From: a virus
Virus record (IMG/VR): IMGVR_UViG_3300034071_000380
Coordinates: 14,687-78,686 of that record
Direction: 5' to 3' (one strand)
Length of the DNA stretch: 64,000 nucleotides
The translations under genes and the position numbers were made by a program. Position 1 is the stretch's first letter. Each line of letters starts with the position of its first letter. Of the stretch, positions 49,903-57,988 are shown one piece after another. Under the pieces are notes generated by a model, which had not been told where the DNA came from, did not search any database, and saw only the letters and a program-made list of their open reading frames with translations.

Positions 49903-49925
49903 TTGTCGGTGCGTTGTGATAGTCT
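49903..49925 (+). promoter_or_regulatory. PafBC/RecA-NDp-type promoter
   Basis: TTGTCGGTG-cgttgtga-TAGTCT. Confidence 0.78.
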
Positions 49926-49956
49926 TGCCTTAATAAATCAACGAAAGGAAAACTTC

Positions 49957-50103
49957 ATGTGCGCTTCATGCTACGCTATTGAAAACGGAATAACTTGTTA
50001 TTCTATTAAACCATCTGACCTATGCGATACTCATTACTTTGAGTGGCAACAAGAAAAAATGTATTGGGAATTAGACCGCTCAACGGAAGGACTTTACATA
50101 TGA
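49957..50103 (+). CDS. Small Cys-rich early protein
   Basis: GAAAGG RBS; MCASC..CDTH. Confidence 0.6.
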   Translation: MCASCYAIENGITCYSIKPSDLCDTHYFEWQQEKMYWELDRSTEGLYI

Positions 50104-50264
50104 GCACTTTTGTATCTGTAAACTCTGTATGTGGTGCAGTAACCACCACAATCGATATGTATGATTTAGAATTAAATCCGCATGGTGTTATCTGTTGCGA
50201 TAATTGTCAAAGCATTGTGTTATGCCGTGAGGCGTGGAATTTTTTATACAAGGGGGTAAAGTAA
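50100..50264 (+). CDS. Small Cys-rich early protein
   Basis: ATGA-coupled; CCDNC. Confidence 0.6.
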   Translation: MSTFVSVNSVCGAVTTTIDMYDLELNPHGVICCDNCQSIVLCREAWNFLYKGVK

Positions 50265-50606
50265 TGAATACAGATCTGTTAAAAGATGTCGCATCTATTG
50301 CAAAAGAAAAGCATGGCGATAATTGGCTTGCTTATCTTTGGGGCGCATCTCAAGTTTTGCTTAACGAAAAAGATTTGCAAATAATTTTAGAAACTTTGCA
50401 AGATAATTAAATAAAGGCGGCGTGTCGACTTGACAAAGTCGGCAGCTGCCCCCAAAGATGAGGGGGCTGTGGATAACTTACGTGTAAATGTGGAAAACCC
50501 CTGAAAAATTGTGGATAACTTGTGTACGACACGCCCGAGATCTTGTGAGATTTATCACACGGCTTGAGCGTCTCAATATTTGGAATTACTGGCTAGTAAT
50601 TAGTTT

Positions 50607-50629
50607 ATGTCAGTGGCTTTTGGTACAAT
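50607..50629 (+). promoter_or_regulatory. PafBC/RecA-NDp-type promoter
   Basis: ATGTCAGTG-gcttttgg-TACAAT. Confidence 0.78.
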
Positions 50630-50659
50630 ACTCTTATCAACAAACGAAAGGCGGACACC

Positions 50660-50866
50660 ATGTCAGCAAATGTCTATACAATCGAAAGCCTACTTGTAGG
50701 AAAAACCTATCGCTCAAAGTCTTTAACTGGAGAAATCATTGACGCAGAAAAGTCTGATGATGTCTGGTATGCAGATTGCGATACTTATAAAGTACAGGTT
50801 CGTCCTCACTATTCAGCACCGCTAAACCTCAAAGATACTTATCGTTATTTGGCAGTAAAGATTTAA
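50660..50866 (+). CDS. Small beta-barrel-like early protein
   Basis: GAAAGG RBS after a promoter. Confidence 0.68.
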   Translation: MSANVYTIESLLVGKTYRSKSLTGEIIDAEKSDDVWYADCDTYKVQVRPHYSAPLNLKDTYRYLAVKI

Positions 50867-50936
50867 CGGGTATCGAAACAGGGGCAGTTTAGGGGAAGTC
50901 CTCGCCCAATGTCGTAAGTAAGAATCCTCACACAAT

Positions 50937-50959
50937 TTGTCAGTGCTAACTGATACAAT
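50937..50959 (+). promoter_or_regulatory. PafBC/RecA-NDp-type promoter
   Basis: TTGTCAGTG-ctaactga-TACAAT. Confidence 0.8.
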
Positions 50960-50996
50960 AACTTAAACAAACAAACAAACGAAAGGAAAACTATAA

Positions 50997-51149
50997 ATGG
51001 GAAACTTCTTAGATGTATTAGATGAGGGAACTATCTCCGTCATTGTGTGTGATGATTGCATGGGTTTTGGTGCAATTTTTTGGGGAGATGAAAACTCCTA
51101 TGATGTCGAGCCATGCGATTGCGTAACTAACGAAATTGGAGATTACTAA
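50997..51149 (+). CDS. Small zinc-finger early protein (50 aa)
   Basis: CDDCMGFG..CDC; GAAAGG RBS. Confidence 0.6.
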   Translation: MGNFLDVLDEGTISVIVCDDCMGFGAIFWGDENSYDVEPCDCVTNEIGDY

Positions 51150-51150
51150 G

Positions 51151-51354
51151 ATGTATAAGATTACTTTATCCTATGACGGAAATTCTGTTCGCTGGAGTGG
51201 CGACTATGATGATGCATTGGAAGCATTTACCGCATTTGCTAAATTTACTGATGTTGGATTTGCTAACGAATACTCAACGATTAATCTATCAATGCCGACA
51301 GGCAAAATGTACACAAAAGTAATTGACCGCATGGGAAAGGTAACAATTAAATGA
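51151..51354 (+). CDS. Hypothetical early protein
   Basis: GGAG RBS; operonic. Confidence 0.62.
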   Translation: MYKITLSYDGNSVRWSGDYDDALEAFTAFAKFTDVGFANEYSTINLSMPTGKMYTKVIDRMGKVTIK

Positions 51355-51536
51355 TGACTCGTAAAGACTATGTAGCAACCGCAGAAATTCTAAAGTATGG
51401 AAGCGACAAAATGCATCCTGCTTTATTCTCAAAAATTGTTGGAGATTTTGCGGAAATGTTCGCAAAAGATAATCCACGATTTGATGTAACACGATTTCAC
51501 GAAGCAAGCAATTACAAAGTAAAGGTGGTTTACTAA
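51351..51536 (+). CDS. Conserved small phage protein (MTRKDY...DNPRFD..RF)
   Basis: Motif recurrent in small phage early proteins. Confidence 0.68.
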   Translation: MMTRKDYVATAEILKYGSDKMHPALFSKIVGDFAEMFAKDNPRFDVTRFHEASNYKVKVVY

Positions 51537-51537
51537 A

Positions 51538-51840
51538 ATGGGAAATACATTTGCAGCGGATCTAGTAAGCATGGATTTATCTTTATCTGATTCTATTAGA
51601 ATTCATTTAACTAGTAATCACTATCCACCCGTCCCGTCTTCCATGGTACAACCTTGCATTGATGCGATTGATGCGATTAATGATGAGCAAGGTGAAACAC
51701 TAATTGAATTACCCGATGGCGTATTTTGGCGAGGTGAAACTCATGCGCCTGCTTATGCAATTGCAGAAGCACACCATTTACACAATTGGTTAAATCATTC
51801 TTGGGATTGCGATTGTTATGATTGCATCGCTGAAGAGTAA
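51538..51840 (+). CDS. Hypothetical early protein
   Basis: HLTSNHYPPVP..C; His/Cys-rich C-terminus. Confidence 0.68.
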   Translation: MGNTFAADLVSMDLSLSDSIRIHLTSNHYPPVPSSMVQPCIDAIDAINDEQGETLIELPDGVFWRGETHAPAYAIAEAHHLHNWLNHSWDCDCYDCIAEE

Positions 51841-52161
51841 AGTCCAACGCATTCAGGAATTGCGTCGCAGTAATGCGGCGCAACCTGTTCGCAATAAAAA
51901 AAAGTACAAACGTAAACAAAAATACAAAAAGGATTTAAATAATGATTGATCTGATTGGTATAATAATTACTGCAATACTTATTCTAGGAATGCTATCCCC
52001 AATATATGTTGTTTATAAAATTTGGAATAGTTGACAAAACTTTAAAGCTGCCCCCGAAGTCGTGGGGGCATAACTTGTCTTACGTCAAGTTATAAAATAT
52101 CCCTGAAATTGTGAGATTAATCACAAAATAAATTAAATAAACATTGGGCGTGTTGCACAAT

Positions 52162-52184
52162 TTGTCAGTGGACCATGCTACAAT
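52162..52184 (+). promoter_or_regulatory. PafBC/RecA-NDp-type promoter
   Basis: TTGTCAGTG-gaccatgc-TACAAT. Confidence 0.8.
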
Positions 52185-52217
52185 TCCACTATCAACCAAA
52201 CGAAAGGTAATAAATAA

Positions 52218-52424
52218 ATGGTAGCAATCGAACACACACTTAAATTCGTCACAGAAGTAGACGAAACAAATCCAACAGGTGCCCGTCTTTTACAATTAGA
52301 TAAGCAATCACAAATTCTAATGCTAGAGTCTGCACTTCGTGAATTTGTAATTCCAGCGGTCCTTCCAGTATTGGAAAACATCAACAAAGGCGGTTCATGG
52401 GCTATCGTAAAGGTGGCAGAATAA
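52218..52424 (+). CDS. Hypothetical early protein
   Basis: GAAAGG RBS after a promoter. Confidence 0.65.
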   Translation: MVAIEHTLKFVTEVDETNPTGARLLQLDKQSQILMLESALREFVIPAVLPVLENINKGGSWAIVKVAE

Positions 52425-52594
52425 ATGGACAATCTTTATTCTATCTTATCCGAAAGACACCCAGATGGAGACTTTAATGAAATGGATTTATGGGAGGCTA
52501 TCGCAGACTCAGAAGGCTTGGAGCTGAACGAAATTATGGACGGCGACCTAACAGAATACTTGTGATACTTATCACACCATAAAGGTCTTGATAA

Positions 52595-52617
52595 ATGTCA
52601 GACCCTAATGCTACAAT
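52595..52617 (+). promoter_or_regulatory. PafBC/RecA-NDp-type promoter
   Basis: ATGTCAGAC-cctaatgc-TACAAT. Confidence 0.72.
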
Positions 52618-52643
52618 AACACCCTAAACAGAAAGGAAGCAAA

Positions 52644-52820
52644 ATGACAGTAAATGGATACACTTACAAGGTTGGCGATTTATTCACCACTCTTAAGTCA
52701 AAGAAAACTGGAGTAATCAAGGAGATTATTCCTAACGCATCTGGCTCGGTGCGTGTCTTGCTAGAAATGCCAACAAAGGAAACTCGTTGGACAACAGTTA
52801 GCAACGAAGCCCTAGTATAA
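52644..52820 (+). CDS. Small SH3/KOW-like early protein (58 aa)
   Basis: YKVGDLF..KTGVIKEI..VRVLL..RW. Confidence 0.62.
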   Translation: MTVNGYTYKVGDLFTTLKSKKTGVIKEIIPNASGSVRVLLEMPTKETRWTTVSNEALV

Positions 52821-52843
52821 GGAAATGCGGAAGGGTCGCAGAA

Positions 52844-52866
52844 ATGTCAGACCCTTCCGCTACAAT
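52844..52866 (+). promoter_or_regulatory. PafBC/RecA-NDp-type promoter inside an 11-bp inverted repeat
   Basis: ATGTCAGAC-ccttccgc-TACAAT. Confidence 0.72.
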
Positions 52867-52902
52867 ACAACTAAACCAACCAACCAACGAAAGAGGAAAC
52901 AA

Positions 52903-53325
52903 ATGGCTAGAGGAAAAGCAATCTCAGTTAAAATCGCAACACCAAAAGTAATCAAGGCACTAGAGGCAAAGTTAGTAGAACTTAATGCCAACTATGCTAA
53001 TCAAGAAACAAACGAAGCAAAGTATAAGAAGGCTATGGAAAAGTGGCAGAAGGAAATTACTGCTTATGCCGTTTCTAACATCAAGAAAGCAGAAAACTTC
53101 CGTACTAACTATCGTTCTTGGAATAACACTCTCAACATTGACTTTGATTTGACAGTTACACAATCAGAACTGCCAGCAGAGCCTGAGCGTGACTTTGAGC
53201 AGATGGGTCGTCACACATACCTAGAGCAAAAGCAAGAAATCGAAAACGCAATTCGTATTCTCAAGATGACAGATGAGGAAGTAGTAAATACTTCCACATA
53301 CAATGCGGTTGCTCGTTATCTATAA
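52903..53325 (+). CDS. Coiled-coil hypothetical early protein
   Basis: GAGGA RBS; start MARGK. Confidence 0.72.
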   Translation: MARGKAISVKIATPKVIKALEAKLVELNANYANQETNEAKYKKAMEKWQKEITAYAVSNIKKAENFRTNYRSWNNTLNIDFDLTVTQSELPAEPERDFEQMGRHTYLEQKQEIENAIRILKMTDEEVVNTSTYNAVARYL

Positions 53326-53340
53326 TTACCAATAGGTAAA

Positions 53341-53370
53341 TGTCCTGAGCATGACAACTAAAACTGCTCA
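53341..53370 (+). ncRNA. Putative H-type pseudoknot element, copy 1
   Basis: TGTC-CTGAGCAT-GACA-actaaaac-TGCTCA. Confidence 0.5.
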
Positions 53371-53405
53371 CACCTTCGGGTGTCCCTACTAACAAAGGAA
53401 ATAAA

Positions 53406-53633
53406 ATGCGTAATCGTTTTAGAATAGAAATCTATGACGCAAACAAAGCAAATGATTTAACAATCTATTCTGAACAGGGTGTAGATAAAGAATACTTAAC
53501 TGAATTAGTATTCTCTAACATTCGCCGCTTTAATGGCAAAGTAAATGCATACGTTGTTGATACGTTAAAGAAAAAGAAAACAACTGCAATGTTTCTTGAT
53601 GAGGAAATTGCAAAGAAGTATCAAACAGTATAA
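53406..53633 (+). CDS. Hypothetical early protein
   Basis: AAGGA RBS. Confidence 0.65.
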   Translation: MRNRFRIEIYDANKANDLTIYSEQGVDKEYLTELVFSNIRRFNGKVNAYVVDTLKKKKTTAMFLDEEIAKKYQTV

Positions 53634-53784
53634 AGCTTGGGGCGGGATCTTGTCCCGCCCCACCTTCCCTGCCCTCATAGTTGCGGGGTTATCCACAGGC
53701 TTACGGAAGTTATCCACAACACCCTGAAAAATTGTGAGATTCATCACAACAAATTTGTCGACAAATGACTAACTAATCTAGACA

Positions 53785-53807
53785 ATGTCAGTGCCACATG
53801 TTATACT
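53785..53807 (+). promoter_or_regulatory. PafBC/RecA-NDp-type promoter
   Basis: ATGTCAGTG-ccacatgt-TATACT. Confidence 0.78.
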
Positions 53808-53839
53808 CAATCTAACAAACCAACCGAAAGGAAATAAAC

Positions 53840-54844
53840 ATGGCTCATAATCTAGAAATGGAAAATGGCGAAGTTGCATTTGCGCTTCGTGGAAAACCTG
53901 CATGGCATAATCTTGCCAATCGCATCTTCACACAAGATGAAGAAGTAACTACACAAACAATGCTTGAAGAAGCAAAGTTGTCTAATTGGAATGTTCGTCT
54001 ATCTCCAATCACTGAGCACATTCCAGAATCTTGGAATGATGTTTCTACTGCATCTCTTGTCATTCGTGATAACCCATTTAATGGCGGTACTGATGTGCTT
54101 GCTACTGTTGGTAAGCGTTACAAGCCTGTGCAGAATGAGGAATTGTTTGCATTCGCTGATGCAATTCACGATGCAAATGCTGATTGCCGTTGGGAATCTG
54201 CTGGTTCTTTGCGTAGCGGTAAAGTTGTATTTGGTACTGTGGACATTCCCCGCACAATGGTGCTTGATCCACAAGGCGCAAATGATGAAACAAAGTTGTA
54301 TCTAATTGTGTGGACATCTCACGACGGGTCTGTTGCTGTTCAGGCTGCTGTTACTCCTGTTCGTGTTGTATGCCAAAACACTCTTAACCTTGCAATGAAG
54401 AATGCAAAGCAATCTTTCAAGATTCGTCATACACAATCTGTTGAAGGTCGCATTCAGGTTGCCCGTGAAACTCTTGGTCTTGCTCTTGGATACTTTGATG
54501 AATTTGAGAAGGAAGCACAAGCAATGTTCAATCAATCAATTACTGATGCTGAATTTTCAAAGTTAATTCAGACAATCTACCCAAAGCCTGAAAAGGATTC
54601 TAAGGGTGCATTGAAGAAGTGGGAAAACAAAGTTGTGTTGCTTGATGATTTGTATCATAACTCACCAACCAATGCTAATGTTAAAGGCACAAAGTGGGGT
54701 GCATTTAATGCGCTTACTGAACGCCTAGATTACTATCGCACATCTCGTGGCAATTCAGAATCACTAATGGCTGGTGCATCTGGATTTGACCCTGTTCTAA
54801 CTGCTGAGAAAAACAAAATCAAGAAATTGGTTTCTGCTTTCTAA
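53840..54844 (+). CDS. DUF932 family (TIGR03299-like) phage/plasmid protein
   Basis: MAH..PAWH.L, YKPVQN, ESAGSL..G, SHDGS, PVRVVCQNTL, RHT, GTKWGAFNALTE. Confidence 0.88.
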   Translation: MAHNLEMENGEVAFALRGKPAWHNLANRIFTQDEEVTTQTMLEEAKLSNWNVRLSPITEHIPESWNDVSTASLVIRDNPFNGGTDVLATVGKRYKPVQNEELFAFADAIHDANADCRWESAGSLRSGKVVFGTVDIPRTMVLDPQGANDETKLYLIVWTSHDGSVAVQAAVTPVRVVCQNTLNLAMKNAKQSFKIRHTQSVEGRIQVARETLGLALGYFDEFEKEAQAMFNQSITDAEFSKLIQTIYPKPEKDSKGALKKWENKVVLLDDLYHNSPTNANVKGTKWGAFNALTERLDYYRTSRGNSESLMAGASGFDPVLTAEKNKIKKLVSAF

Positions 54845-54851
54845 ATAAATA

Positions 54852-54879
54852 AAATCCTGAGCATGATTTAAAACTGCTC
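54852..54879 (+). ncRNA. Putative H-type pseudoknot element, copy 2
   Basis: AAATC-CTGAGCAT-GATTT-aaaac-TGCTC. Confidence 0.5.
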
Positions 54880-54885
54880 CACATT

Positions 54886-54959
54886 GTGCCGTTAGCTCAG
54901 TTGGTTAGAGCCCCGAACTCATAATTCGGTCGTCGTAGGTTCAAGTCCTACACGGCACA
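54886..54959 (+). tRNA. tRNA with CAU anticodon (Ile2-like, or Met)
   Basis: Acceptor GTGCCGT/ACGGCAC, D arm GCTC/GAGC, anticodon arm CCGAA-CTCATAA-TTCGG, T arm GTAGG-TTCAAGT-CCTAC; C4/C5 as in TilS substrates; no encoded CCA. Confidence 0.92.
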
Positions 54960-55050
54960 CTTGACAATTGCAGGTGAATGCCCCCATATTTGAAGGCAGC
55001 AGGATCTTGTTACGACCAATATAAAAAAAGCCCTGAAAATCTGTTGACAT

Positions 55051-55073
55051 TTGTCAGTGGCTACCCCTATAAT
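55051..55073 (+). promoter_or_regulatory. PafBC/RecA-NDp-type promoter (also TTGACA at 55044)
   Basis: TTGTCAGTG-gctacccc-TATAAT. Confidence 0.8.
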
Positions 55074-55101
55074 AATGCCATCAACCAACGAAAGGAACAA
55101 T

Positions 55102-55755
55102 ATGCCAAACTGGGTATATAACGGATTAACTGTAGAAGGTAATCCTGATTCTGTAAAGAAAATGATGGCTCAACTAAATAAGCCATTTACGCAACTACAT
55201 GATTCATGGGATGTAAGCAAGAATACATTCATGAAGAAGAATACTCTATATGCAGAGCCTATCTTTGCATTTCATAATATCTATAATTATATAGATGCAG
55301 GAATTACTGAAGAGGAATATCTTTCTCAGCCTGACCATTCCCTCCCAATTCAAGAAGCAATGAAGTGTCTTACTAATGATTGGTATAACTTTAATATCCG
55401 TGAGTGGGGAACCAAGTGGGATGTAGCCGTATCTGTAGGTGACAAGTATCCTGATACTACAGTTGAAGATACTGCTAATGGTGATAACCATGTCGTTCAT
55501 TATAACTTTAACACCGCTTGGTCTCGCCCAATGGGTGCATTAACTAAACTATCTGCACAATACCCTGACCTACTATTTACTTTATCATATGAGGAAGAGA
55601 CTGGCTGGGGCGGAGAAATGGAAATCCTTCGTGGCGTAGTTATATCAGAATCAGAATATGACAACATCTGCCGTGAATGTGATGAGACTGATTGTGTACT
55701 CTTTGATGGAGAAAGAGGTGTAGAGGTATGCACCAAATGTGGGTATGAGTCATGA
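55102..55755 (+). CDS. YubB/Api92-like ferredoxin-fold protein with C-terminal zinc ribbon
   Basis: MPNW..N, DWYNFNIREWGTKWD, FNTAWS.P, YEEE; CREC..CTKC. Confidence 0.75.
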   Translation: MPNWVYNGLTVEGNPDSVKKMMAQLNKPFTQLHDSWDVSKNTFMKKNTLYAEPIFAFHNIYNYIDAGITEEEYLSQPDHSLPIQEAMKCLTNDWYNFNIREWGTKWDVAVSVGDKYPDTTVEDTANGDNHVVHYNFNTAWSRPMGALTKLSAQYPDLLFTLSYEEETGWGGEMEILRGVVISESEYDNICRECDETDCVLFDGERGVEVCTKCGYES

Positions 55756-56369
55756 CAGATTTAATCTCATCTAAATATACATTTGTCTGCGATCCAAATG
55801 AATGTGATTCTTTAATCGAACTAACATCATCAGATGGCTTTGGGTTCCCATCTGGTGTGACCGAGCTAACATGTCCTTGTGGCCGTAAGACCACATTATT
55901 GTCAGTGGAGCATGCTACACTACCAACAACTAACCAAACGAAAGAGGAAAAAATGGAAACAACAACAGATAACCACTACATGACACGAGAGTTTCTTGAG
56001 TCACAGTTAGTACAAAACAAGGCACGCATTCAGCAACTTGAAGAGCAGATTCAACGTGTCACACAACGTGACTACGCAACTGCAGGAACATTAAACAAGT
56101 TACGTGATGACATGAAGGTATTTACATTAGAAGGTCTTGATGACGATTCTATTACAGAATACCAAGCAGAAGAGATTGCAAGCATCTGTGGCTTTGAACT
56201 AACAAATGAGTTTGAGTTGACTGTAACAGTTCAGTATTCAGTTACAGTTAATGCTCGTGACGAGGAGTCTGCTATCAATGCAATTCATGAGACAGACTTT
56301 GACACAGTATCATATGATGAACCAATTACATATATGTCATCATCTATTGATTCAGTAGAGGTTGACTAA
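55752..56369 (+). CDS. Zn-finger N-part in frame with a downstream coiled-coil protein (internal start 55953)
   Basis: CDPNEC..CPC; internal promoter at 55899 and GAGGA RBS before ATG 55953. Confidence 0.65.
   Translation: MTDLISSKYTFVCDPNECDSLIELTSSDGFGFPSGVTELTCPCGRKTTLLSVEHATLPTTNQTKEEKMETTTDNHYMTREFLESQLVQNKARIQQLEEQIQRVTQRDYATAGTLNKLRDDMKVFTLEGLDDDSITEYQAEEIASICGFELTNEFELTVTVQYSVTVNARDEESAINAIHETDFDTVSYDEPITYMSSSIDSVEVD
55899..55921 (+). promoter_or_regulatory. PafBC/RecA-NDp-type promoter within coding sequence
   Basis: TTGTCAGTG-gagcatgc-TACACT. Confidence 0.75.
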
Positions 56370-56581
56370 TGTACTTTGAACTTACCGCTCCGAACCAGGT
56401 GGCCTTTGCAAGGGCCATCTGGGATGCGGAGATAATCGGTTTAGATCCAGAGGCAATGGAATCGTTGACATTCAACATTGGAACTGGTAGTATTGAGAAA
56501 GTAACACGCCTTCGTGAAAAGCATAACCTAAAACTAATTCATGAAAGCGATTCAGAACCAACGGGATATAGGAGAGATTAA
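56369..56581 (+). CDS. Hypothetical early protein
   Basis: TAATG-coupled. Confidence 0.62.
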   Translation: MYFELTAPNQVAFARAIWDAEIIGLDPEAMESLTFNIGTGSIEKVTRLREKHNLKLIHESDSEPTGYRRD

Positions 56582-56728
56582 AATGGGCGACACATACCAA
56601 GATGGCTTCACAGATGGAGCACGCTGGGCTCGTGAGGAAATAACAGAGAGACTGCGTGAGATTGATGTTTATGACATTGATACTTGGTTGCTAGATAAAT
56701 TAGCAGACATGATTGAAGGCGGAAAACT

Positions 56729-56935
56729 GTGATGGAGGATCTATCTAGATGGATTGCATGTGACCAATGCGGTACCGCCCAAGCTATGTATCTAGTTAAA
56801 CTAGTAGACGGTGAATTGTTCTTTTGCGGTCACCACTATAATGCAAGCAAAAGAGGCCTTGACAAGGTCGCATATGAAGTAGTAGAATTAAATAAGACCG
56901 AAGAAGTACCTACATTAGAAGAGGCGGAACTGTAA
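56729..56935 (+). CDS. Small zinc-binding protein (CDQC..CGHH)
   Basis: Motif recurrent in actinobacterial and actinophage small proteins. Confidence 0.68.
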   Translation: MMEDLSRWIACDQCGTAQAMYLVKLVDGELFFCGHHYNASKRGLDKVAYEVVELNKTEEVPTLEEAEL

Positions 56936-57336
56936 TGGGAGATAGAGCAAACTTTGGATTTAGACAGTCAAACGGTGAAACGATTGTTCTATACGGGCAC
57001 TGGGCAGGATACAACATGCTAGCAAAGTTAGCGGATGCTGTAGATAAGGCCCGTCCACGTTGGACAGATGAATCATATGCAACACGCATCTGCATTTCAC
57101 AATTGGTTGGAGATGATTGGAATTCAGAAACAGGCTGGGGCCTACAGGTAAATTCAATCAGCGACAATGAACATAAGATTCCATTAATTGATTGGGCAAC
57201 ACAAACGTTTAGTCTGCATGAAGAAGCGCCATGGTCCGAGTCAACAGAATACAAGGTCCGTGGAATGTTAGACACACCAATCTTTGATATGTCTTTAGAT
57301 AGTTTTGTAAAGAAATATTCTGCAGCATTAGTTTAA
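56935..57336 (+). CDS. Conserved phage hypothetical protein (MGDRA..LYGHWAG)
   Basis: TAATG-coupled, 133 aa. Confidence 0.72.
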   Translation: MGDRANFGFRQSNGETIVLYGHWAGYNMLAKLADAVDKARPRWTDESYATRICISQLVGDDWNSETGWGLQVNSISDNEHKIPLIDWATQTFSLHEEAPWSESTEYKVRGMLDTPIFDMSLDSFVKKYSAALV

Positions 57337-57431
57337 ATAAGTAAAGGTGCCTCTATAGTCATCCAATGCGTTATGGCCAGGGGTTAAATAAAGCAGGTTT
57401 TTACTTTCGTTGGTACCTAGCAGCCTTATGT

Positions 57432-57472
57432 AAAACCCCAGTTTGGAATAAGCCCCTACAGCTGGGGTTTTT
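57432..57472 (+). terminator. Intrinsic terminator
   Basis: AAAACCCCAG...CTGGGGTTTTT. Confidence 0.6.
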
Positions 57473-57592
57473 GCATGTGCCCTCAAAAGAAGGAGGGTAT
57501 CATAACTCTCTTACGAGATCAATATAATTTTCCCTGAAATTTTGTGAGATGCGCCACAATGTGGCGGGTATCACATAGGAAATCTATTCCAT

Positions 57593-57615
57593 TTGTCAGT
57601 CCCTTAATATATAAT
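57593..57615 (+). promoter_or_regulatory. PafBC/RecA-NDp-type promoter
   Basis: TTGTCAGTC-ccttaata-TATAAT. Confidence 0.75.
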
Positions 57616-57639
57616 AATCACATAACGAAAGGGATAAAA

Positions 57640-57852
57640 ATGGAAGCATTTACAGATACAGTAGGAGAGCATATACTTGGAGCAATCCAAGTAGATATTG
57701 AGCAAGCATTATTTGAAGATTGGAATAATGCTAACTTAGAAGAAGGGGAGGCATTTGCAGAATGGAGATTTATGCAATTTGCTCCTGATAACTTAAAACA
57801 ATCATACAATGAATACTATGGTTATATAGAGGGAGATGAATTTCTTCTATGA
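57640..57852 (+). CDS. Acidic hypothetical early protein
   Basis: GAAAGGG RBS. Confidence 0.65.
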   Translation: MEAFTDTVGEHILGAIQVDIEQALFEDWNNANLEEGEAFAEWRFMQFAPDNLKQSYNEYYGYIEGDEFLL

Positions 57853-57988
57853 TTACCAGCCAAGAACTAATTGATTATATCTATGATGACAACTTAATCC
57901 ATTTTGACGACAGAGATACATCAGATGATTGTGATTGTCACATTCATATAACACTTAATACTATGATTAAATATATGGAGGCAATTGA

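Larger units (their letters stand above)
49824..53718. promoter_or_regulatory. Clustered DnaA boxes
   Basis: TTATCCACA at 49824, 53689, 53710; TGTGGATAA at 49849, 50468, 50510; TGTGGAAAA at 50489. Confidence 0.75.
48675..57575. promoter_or_regulatory. CRP/GlxR-type boxes TGTGA-N6-TCACA (6 perfect, 2 near-perfect)
   Basis: Perfect at 48675, 49871, 50544, 52110, 52561, 53733; one mismatch at 57543 and 57560. All are intergenic or at gene ends, upstream of the promoters below. Confidence 0.75.

Noticed and set aside
50868-50930. Possible hammerhead ribozyme (CGAAAC present)
   Set aside because: No CTGANGA core or compatible stems found.
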